Virus record (IMG/VR): IMGVR_UViG_3300027749_000089
Coordinates: 10,799 to 74,798 of that record
DNA from: a virus
DNA: 64,000 nucleotides
Strand: one strand, 5' to 3'
The position numbers and the translations under genes are program-made. The notes beneath the pieces are model-generated. The model saw nothing but the letters and a program-made list of their open reading frames with translations, was not told the DNA's origin and searched no databases. Shown in pieces: positions 57,477 to 64,000 of the stretch (its first letter is position 1; every line of letters begins with the position of its first letter).

Positions 57477-59696
57477 ATGCGAAATAGATTAAAGCAATCT
57501 TTAACACGTAGAATGCAGTTAGAAATTGCACCACAAAGTCCACTCAAATTTTTAAAAGAAATAGATGTAGAAAATATATTAGATATAATAATATCTAACG
57601 TATACTTATACACTCGTCCAAAGAGAGGTGCTATAAATAAACAAATACTAATGGTTGAAGTGATCAGTATTATTGGGCATTCGGTAAGACGCGGCTTAAA
57701 GAAAGACTCTTCTATTGCAGCTAAGACCGGTGCATTCATATTATATTCATTTGAAGAACTTGGAATGCTTAGGGCAATACTTGGTTCTGCTGGAAATGGA
57801 CATGCAACATATGTTGTAGAAGTTTTAGATGATGCAACAATACAATTACTATGGGAAGGTGTAAGCAGAGAAGGTGCCAAAGGTAAATTACCTTCAATAA
57901 CACCATATGAACCTTATACAGAGTTCAAACACCCTACTGGACAAGTATTAGTCAAGACGGGTAATAAAGATGTTCCAACAAAATTAACACCTGCAACACA
58001 TCCTATAGTATTTGATTCAGTAAATAAAAGCTTAAATACGGGTTGGCAAATAAACAAAGAAGTTTATAATGTTTCTAAATGGGCATTGAATAACCATACT
58101 GATGCATTTAGTGATATATGGGAGCAGCAAAATCCTCAAGCTAAGACTACTAAATTAAGGGAAACAAAAGCTATTCTATCTATAGCAGATAAGTTCATGG
58201 ATACTGTATTTTACCATATGTATTACCTTGATTTCCGTGGAAGGAAATATCCAACAACGGCATATCTCCATGAACAATCTAGTGATATTGCTAAAGGTCT
58301 TTTAATGCGTCAAGATAAGAAAGTAATTGGCGAAGAAGGTTTCTTTTGGCTATGTGTATCTATCTCCAGTAACTGGGCAGGTTCATCAGGACGTGAAGAT
58401 GGTGCAAAGACAGATAAGATTAATCTCAAAGACCGATATCAATGGGTATTAGATAACCAAGAGATCTTATTATCATATGCAGAAAGTCCAAAAGTAAATC
58501 AAGGATGGATGTCAGGAGATAAGCCATGGCAATTCTTAAGTGCATGTATTGAATTAAGAAATGCTTTAAAATTGGGACCAAGATATTTAGAGTATGAGTC
58601 ACATGTTGAATGTTTTATTGACGGATCAACGAACGGCTCACAACATTTATCTGCATTAACAAGAGATGAAATAACAGCTCCATATGTTAATTTAATTCCA
58701 TTAGAACTTCCAGGTGATTTATATGCATATGTTGCCGAACATGTATGGAATAAAATATCTAATGACATAGCAAGAATGCCAGCGGATTTAATCTTTCAAT
58801 GTGAAGATTTTATAGATGGCTTAATTAAATTAAAGAAAAAGATTACTGCATCCGAACCTAAGTCTGAAATTAGGAATCAACTAGTAGCTCAAATTAAAGC
58901 CTATAAACAACAATGGGCGGATATTGGCTCTGTTGCAGCACCTGTATTTTGGAATCGTATAAAAGATTTGAAACAAAGAAGGAAGATAGTTAAAAGAAAC
59001 ACTATGACTCTTCCCTATGGAGGTAGCAGTTATGGATTGGGAGAGCAACAAATCCTTGATGCAAAAAAGCATGGAATAGACTTGCTACTTCATATGGAGC
59101 ATAAATGGGGAGCTTGGCTGGGCAGATTAGTATTTGAAGATTGTAAAGCTTCATTAGAGAAGCCGATGAGACTGTTAAATATATTTGAGAATGCCGGAAG
59201 AAACTGTGAGAAAATTGAAGAATTTTTATCATGGAATGTTCCAATAGTAAACTTTCCTGTAGTACAAAATTATACAGAAGGTAAAGTTAAAAAGATTTAT
59301 GTACAGTATGGGCCACCAGTTGGGTCACGTAAATCTACAGGTTATTATGAAAACACTTTTCAATTAGCAATATGTTTTATTGAAGATGTGGTTCCTAGTA
59401 AAGGTAAACAGTCTCAAGGAGCAGCACCTAACGTTATTCATAGTTTAGATGCAGCGCACTTAGCACTTACTACACACCGTTGTGATTTTACAATTACAAC
59501 AATTCATGACAGCTATGGTTGTTTATTTGCTGACATGCCAAATCTCTTTAGAATAGTTCGCGAGACATTTGTAGAACTTTATAAAGATAATCCATTGTTT
59601 CCAATAATGGATGATATTGACGGAGATCTTACTTATCTTGAGATGGGTGATCTTGATATTAATTTAATTCTAGAAAGCGAATACGCTTTCGCATAG
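57477..59696 (+). CDS. T7-like single-subunit DNA-directed RNA polymerase (stand-alone, short N-terminus)
   Basis: DFRGRKYP, Q.SDIAKGLL, KPWQFL, motif A DGSTNGSQH, motif B RKIVKRNTMTLPYG, PNVIHSLDA, motif C IHDSYG. Confidence 0.95.
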   Translation: MRNRLKQSLTRRMQLEIAPQSPLKFLKEIDVENILDIIISNVYLYTRPKRGAINKQILMVEVISIIGHSVRRGLKKDSSIAAKTGAFILYSFEELGMLRAILGSAGNGHATYVVEVLDDATIQLLWEGVSREGAKGKLPSITPYEPYTEFKHPTGQVLVKTGNKDVPTKLTPATHPIVFDSVNKSLNTGWQINKEVYNVSKWALNNHTDAFSDIWEQQNPQAKTTKLRETKAILSIADKFMDTVFYHMYYLDFRGRKYPTTAYLHEQSSDIAKGLLMRQDKKVIGEEGFFWLCVSISSNWAGSSGREDGAKTDKINLKDRYQWVLDNQEILLSYAESPKVNQGWMSGDKPWQFLSACIELRNALKLGPRYLEYESHVECFIDGSTNGSQHLSALTRDEITAPYVNLIPLELPGDLYAYVAEHVWNKISNDIARMPADLIFQCEDFIDGLIKLKKKITASEPKSEIRNQLVAQIKAYKQQWADIGSVAAPVFWNRIKDLKQRRKIVKRNTMTLPYGGSSYGLGEQQILDAKKHGIDLLLHMEHKWGAWLGRLVFEDCKASLEKPMRLLNIFENAGRNCEKIEEFLSWNVPIVNFPVVQNYTEGKVKKIYVQYGPPVGSRKSTGYYENTFQLAICFIEDVVPSKGKQSQGAAPNVIHSLDAAHLALTTHRCDFTITTIHDSYGCLFADMPNLFRIVRETFVELYKDNPLFPIMDDIDGDLTYLEMGDLDINLILESEYAFA

Positions 59697-59704
59697 GAGT
59701 TTAT

Positions 59705-59989
59705 ATGACACAGCCACAAAGATTTACAATACATGAATACGCAGAATTGACTGGAACAACACCTAATACTGTCCGTACACATATCGTAAGAAGTCAAGCA
59801 GATCCAGTAGATGCTATACGTAATAGAAACGGTAGCATAACTTATGTTTATAGCGGTATTGATTTAAAGGCATGTATGCACAACTCAAGAAAGAAAGAGA
59901 GAGAAGTCATTGAGATCACAAATCCAATGTGCAAATTTCTTGCTAATCCGATAATGCCTGTTGGCAAATGGTATGGATTTGCGATATGA
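59705..59989 (+). CDS. putative HTH DNA-binding protein
   Basis: FTIHEYAELTGTTPNTVRTHI. Confidence 0.6.
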   Translation: MTQPQRFTIHEYAELTGTTPNTVRTHIVRSQADPVDAIRNRNGSITYVYSGIDLKACMHNSRKKEREVIEITNPMCKFLANPIMPVGKWYGFAI

Positions 59990-60188
59990 GCAACGTAACA
60001 ATGATTAAACGGTCTGATAAGAAGAACCATAATAGAGTATTGAAAATAGCTGAGAATTGTAAAGAAGATTACAAAGCTTTAGAAGATGCTTTAAACGATG
60101 ATTGGTTTCTAACAGATGTAATATGTGTTGTAGGAACACCTGGCTACCACAGTGCAGCCACAGTATTTATTTTGTATAAGGATTAATT

Positions 60189-60503
60189 ATGATGCGTGAT
60201 TTAATTATTGATGAAATCCTTGGTTCAAAATGGTACCAAGATCTTTCACGCAATGAAAAAGATAAGCTTGACGTACAGAGATTGAGTTATAAAGGTCTCT
60301 TGGAAGCTCTTAAAAAATCTTTAGACCCTACTAGTAGGGCTTTTTAGTTAAGGAAAGTTATGCGTGATGAAATGATTGATCAAATTCTGGGTTCAAAATG
60401 GTACCAAGATCTTGCAGACAATAAAAAGTTAGACTTTAACTTATATATATTAAGTCATAAAGATCTCTTGGAAGCTTATAAAAAGTCTTTACCTAATTGT
60501 TAA
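60189..60503 (+). CDS. tandem duplicated small genes (60189-60347, 60360-60503)
   Basis: Both encode MRD..ID.ILGSKWYQDL...LS.K.LLEA.KKSL. Confidence 0.7.
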
Positions 60504-60542
60504 TTTTAAAAGCCTGAGTATGCTTTAACTGCTCAAAACAAA

Positions 60543-60929
60543 ATGGAGGAAAGTATGTTAACATCAATAGGTTGTCTCGTAGCTGTAATGTATTTCGAGG
60601 CAAGAAACCAACCAGTTGATACGATGTTAGGTGTAGGTCAAGTATTGATTGAACACGCACAGCCAGGGGAGAATCTATGTCACGTTATTAAACGCGATCC
60701 GGGTTTATTTACATGGGCACGACATGGTATGAAAACACCTAACCCTAAGCGTAAAGCCGACAGAAATGTGTTGGATAAGCAATATGAATTGGCGCGAAAA
60801 ATGTTATTCAGAAATCTCAGAACTACTAAACTAACAGAAGGCTATACGCATTTTAATAATGTGCCTTTAGGCAAGCGCTTCAGAACAAATGTTAAAATGG
60901 TAAAAATTGGCGATTTATTATTTTTCTAA
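60543..60929 (+). CDS. SleB-like cell wall hydrolase (Hydrolase_2)
   Basis: CL...MYFEARNQ......V..V; C.V......F.W; KIG...F. Confidence 0.75.
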   Translation: MEESMLTSIGCLVAVMYFEARNQPVDTMLGVGQVLIEHAQPGENLCHVIKRDPGLFTWARHGMKTPNPKRKADRNVLDKQYELARKMLFRNLRTTKLTEGYTHFNNVPLGKRFRTNVKMVKIGDLLFF

Positions 60930-61492
60930 GGAGAACCAAATGGATAATATTCTGAGTACGATTAACTATGTTTTAAATTTAGAGATAGACGCATTTGAGG
61001 AATACGTCTGTGACCAGTGGAATGATGAAACATTCACACCACGAAATAAACATATGCTTGATAGAGCATTAATAGATAGTAATATTGATCATATGTATAA
61101 GACAGCTTACTTAGCTGGAGAAGAATATGTTACATTAGTAGCATTTGAGAATAAAGTCAGGAGTCTGACTTTGAATCAACAACAACAATCGGCAATGTGG
61201 AAATAATTATGTTTAAAGATATTTGGCAAGCTATGTTTTCATTAGCAGTAGTAATACCATTATTTGTATTGCTATTCATTCTTTATATTCCTCTTAGAAT
61301 CTTTGGAATTGATATATTAAAAATTATAGAGGTAAAAATAGATGATGTCTTACGGTGATATAGCACTATGGTGCTCATTACTTTTTGTAATGTATAAGAA
61401 TCTTCATTGGTATAAGGTTGCTCGTACACAATCTGAACTAAATGAAAAACTTCAAGATAAGATTGCTGAACTTGAAACGATTATAATTATTC

Positions 61493-61699
61493 ATGGAATC
61501 AAAAATGAGAGTAAGCACTAGAGCTGTAATGATTAGATTAGGTATCAACCAGATGCAACTAGGTATGGCATTGTACTCAGGACGATTACCTAATCATGGA
61601 GCAGATGCCACATGGGATAAAGAATCCATTGAACCATATTTGGTTAATTGGGAAAGACAACTTAAAGCTAAAGAAAGAACAGGTATAAGAAATGATTAG
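61493..61699 (+). CDS. small putative DNA-binding protein
   Basis: STRAVMIRLGI...SGRLP....W. Confidence 0.45.
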   Translation: MESKMRVSTRAVMIRLGINQMQLGMALYSGRLPNHGADATWDKESIEPYLVNWERQLKAKERTGIRND

Positions 61700-61859
61700 T
61701 CAATTATTAGAAGCTGTAAGCTGTAAAGTTTTAGAAAACATGGTAGTAGAGTTATTGCACCAAGGTTGGATGCCACTGGGCGGAGTTGCAGCATGCGCAC
61801 CTCCCGATGTTACTCCACTTTATGTTCAAGCTATGGTACGGGATAATGTTAGTGCTTAA
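61692..61859 (+). CDS. DUF1737-like small protein
   Basis: Manually translated: V.ELL.QGW.PLGGV...Y.QAMV. Confidence 0.55.
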   Translation: MISQLLEAVSCKVLENMVVELLHQGWMPLGGVAACAPPDVTPLYVQAMVRDNVSA

Positions 61860-61991
61860 AGAAGAAGTAATTGAAGTACTTAGCTTACTTAAGCTATTAA
61901 GAGCAATGCTAGGTGAAGGCAAAAGTGGATACGAGGATTCTGTAGCAACAGTTGATCGTTATATTAATTTATTTTCAGAATGGTTAAAAGC

Positions 61992-62390
61992 ATGATTACA
62001 TTTAGACAAAACTCAGACGTACGTAATTTCTTTTATGGAAAAGAAGATCATCCACATTGGGAGCCACTGTGGCAACACTTTTCAAACATCTTAAGAAATA
62101 CACATGATGCTGCAGGTTACATTCATGAATTTGGCGGTGATCTTCATATTCTAGAATCTTTTGGAGATTTCTTGCATGTAACATTTATGGGCATGGATGA
62201 TAATGGTGTATTTAGAGAAACTAATCTTGCGTTAGATCCTGGCTCATTTGATATTGCTCGAAAAATCAAAGATTCTGACTGGTATGAGTTTCATTTCATC
62301 ACTACAAATGCAGGCGGTCCAGTTTGGTTCATTCCAGAAGAGCTTGCTAAAGTAAATGAAAACGTGCAAGAATCAGTAAATATTTCCTAA
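61992..62390 (+). CDS. hypothetical protein
   Basis: ORF; ends before class I motif. Confidence 0.6.
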   Translation: MITFRQNSDVRNFFYGKEDHPHWEPLWQHFSNILRNTHDAAGYIHEFGGDLHILESFGDFLHVTFMGMDDNGVFRETNLALDPGSFDIARKIKDSDWYEFHFITTNAGGPVWFIPEELAKVNENVQESVNIS

Positions 62391-62420
62391 TAAATGTGGG
62401 TCTCTATAAATGCTTAGAGA

Positions 62421-62438
62421 CCCCGTTAAATTAACCCT
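62421..62438 (+). promoter_or_regulatory. motif class I copy before replication genes
   Basis: CCCCGTTAAATTAACCCT, overlapped by hairpin GGGTCTCT...AGAGACCC. Confidence 0.65.
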
Positions 62439-62466
62439 AATTCAAAAATCAAAAGAGAGAACAGCA

Positions 62467-62958
62467 ATGGCAAAGTTATATGACGTAGAAATTTATTTCG
62501 CTAAACTTGGTAAACCAAACGGCAAGTTTAATAAAGAAAATCCTACATGGGAACTCCAAATTCGGACTACCGACAAAGAGAAAAAGAAAGAATGGGAAGC
62601 TATTGGATTGACTGTCAAGCCTATCGTTCCAGATGATGGTGATACATATTTCAGAGCTAATCTGAAAAAGAAGTCTATTAAATCAGACGGTACACCAAAT
62701 GAACCTGTGAAACTGATTGATGGTAAATTAAGACCTATTGATCCCAACACGATTGGAAATGGATCTATCGGTAATATTCGTGTATTTGAATACGAATATA
62801 AAGATCCAATGGGGGTTACAAAGAAAGGCTTTACCCTTATGACAGTACAATTAACAAAGCATATAGTATATACTCCACGTACCAGCGAAGATGATTTCGG
62901 TGAGACAGAATATGAACGTGAATTCAGCAGTAATGAAACTGACGATGACGTATTCTAA
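62467..62958 (+). CDS. ssb: single-stranded DNA-binding protein (T7 gp2.5-like)
   Basis: IGNGS.G.I, VQL.K.I.Y motifs; acidic tail ending in Phe (ETDDDVF). Confidence 0.7.
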   Translation: MAKLYDVEIYFAKLGKPNGKFNKENPTWELQIRTTDKEKKKEWEAIGLTVKPIVPDDGDTYFRANLKKKSIKSDGTPNEPVKLIDGKLRPIDPNTIGNGSIGNIRVFEYEYKDPMGVTKKGFTLMTVQLTKHIVYTPRTSEDDFGETEYEREFSSNETDDDVF

Positions 62959-62962
62959 ATAT

Positions 62963-63661
62963 ATGATAAATTATACATACAAAATACTTAATAAAGATCA
63001 CCAATTTGTAGCTTTTATTAGAGAATGTGAATTAGATAGTATGATTTCTAATTTTAAAGACGGATATTTTATAAAAGCAGAAACAAATAATATGCCACTT
63101 CAAGGAATTTCTTTTATTAGAAATATTGATGAACTTGATGCGTGGTATGCACAGATAGATCGAAGACATTGGAAGAAAGAACGTACAATTTCATTTCTTT
63201 ATGATCTTCAAATAGTATATAAAGCAACTATCAATGAATATTTAACTGAGAATATTCGTGATGTTACTGAGTATAATTTAAATAATGACCATTTAACTGC
63301 AGTAATTAGAGAAAGTAATGGAAACGAAATTGTATTCCATGACGAAGAAGCTTTAGATAATTATCTCATGAATTATCGTAAACCCCAAGAAGTAAATAAT
63401 GCAGTAGACCCTAAGCATTATAAAGGATATGTAGATGAATTACAATGGTTAGACACAATGAGTAGAATACCTACTTTGCGTGATCCAGCGAAATTCGAAG
63501 CAGCAGTTGAATTACAAATAAGAAAATACCTTGACCGTAATGGTCAAAAGGATGATTCTCTACAAGAACTCCAAAAAGCTTTATGGTACTTAAAGTACTT
63601 AATCGCCTATAAAAAGGCCGGCAGACCGATAAAGGTTGGAGAAGTAGAAAGCATCCTATAA
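62963..63661 (+). CDS. DUF3310-domain protein (T7 gp1.7-like nucleotide kinase family) with N-terminal extension
   Basis: AVDPKHY...KYLDR.G.KD...QEL.KA.WYL. Confidence 0.7.
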   Translation: MINYTYKILNKDHQFVAFIRECELDSMISNFKDGYFIKAETNNMPLQGISFIRNIDELDAWYAQIDRRHWKKERTISFLYDLQIVYKATINEYLTENIRDVTEYNLNNDHLTAVIRESNGNEIVFHDEEALDNYLMNYRKPQEVNNAVDPKHYKGYVDELQWLDTMSRIPTLRDPAKFEAAVELQIRKYLDRNGQKDDSLQELQKALWYLKYLIAYKKAGRPIKVGEVESIL

Positions 63662-63668
63662 CAAAATC

Positions 63669-63697
63669 GGCACCTCACTAATACTGGGGTGCCTTTT
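63669..63697 (+). terminator. intrinsic terminator
   Basis: GGCACCTCA...TGGGGTGCC then TTTT. Confidence 0.6.
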
Positions 63698-63712
63698 ATT
63701 TGGAAATTATAT

Positions 63713-64000
63713 ATGAATTATGTATTCGACATTGAAACCGATGGACTATTAAAAGACGTAACACAAATGTGGATCATGGTTGTTCATGATGTAAGTGCTA
63801 ATAAGCGAATGCAATTTTTGCAAGGAGATATGAATTGGATACAACTATTCAATAATGCTAGACAAGTTATGGGTCATAATATTATTGGATATGACTTAGC
63901 TGTATTAAAGAAGCTATTCAACTATGAATTACCTAAGAGCGTAAAAGCTGTAGATACACTTATTCTTTCACAAGTATTAGACTATAGGAGGTTCGGTAAT
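63713..64000 (+). CDS. family A DNA polymerase, N-terminal 3'-5' exonuclease (3'-truncated)
   Basis: FDIETDGLL (ExoI), GHNIIGYDL (ExoII), DTLILS, as in T7 gp5. Confidence 0.85.
   Translation, partial: MNYVFDIETDGLLKDVTQMWIMVVHDVSANKRMQFLQGDMNWIQLFNNARQVMGHNIIGYDLAVLKKLFNYELPKSVKAVDTLILSQVLDYRRFGN

Noticed and set aside
1860-62438. Class I repeats as a CRISPR array or T3 vector contamination
   Set aside because: Copies are dispersed rather than regularly spaced; only 10 nt match T3 and the CACTAAAGGG part is absent
1-64000. Stop-codon reassignment, tRNA genes, integrase, introns
   Set aside because: Long genes are intact in the standard code and all three stops are used; no cloverleaf, recombinase or split gene was recognised by eye, though tRNA and covariance scans were not run

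Overview
AT-rich 64 kb segment of a tailed dsDNA phage with siphovirus-like structural genes; essentially all credible genes are on the + strand. Order: small accessory genes (1-6 kb), terminase small and large subunits, a ~13 kb fibre/lysis block between TerL and portal, portal, a 1545-aa fusion of a MuF (SPP1 gp7-like) minor head protein to a complete T7-like single-subunit RNA polymerase, a Tad2/DUF2829-like gene, scaffold, capsid, head-tail and tail genes (with a lambda-type GGGAAAG -1 frameshift), a 3370-aa tape measure and a 2730-aa tail tip protein, holin, PhoH and a GNAT-like gene. A GC-rich island then precedes a probable early/replication region with a second, stand-alone T7-like RNAP, a SleB-like hydrolase, SSB, a DUF3310 protein and the start of a family A DNA polymerase. 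The best candidate for an undescribed system is two-polymerase transcription in which one RNAP is fused to a portal-associated head protein (putative virion-delivered RNAP). Two distinct recurrent motifs at gene boundaries fit this: CCCGTTAAATTAACCCT (7 copies) and a 25-nt motif ending TATCTTATATGA (3 copies). All annotations come from motif recognition by eye; no database searches were run.
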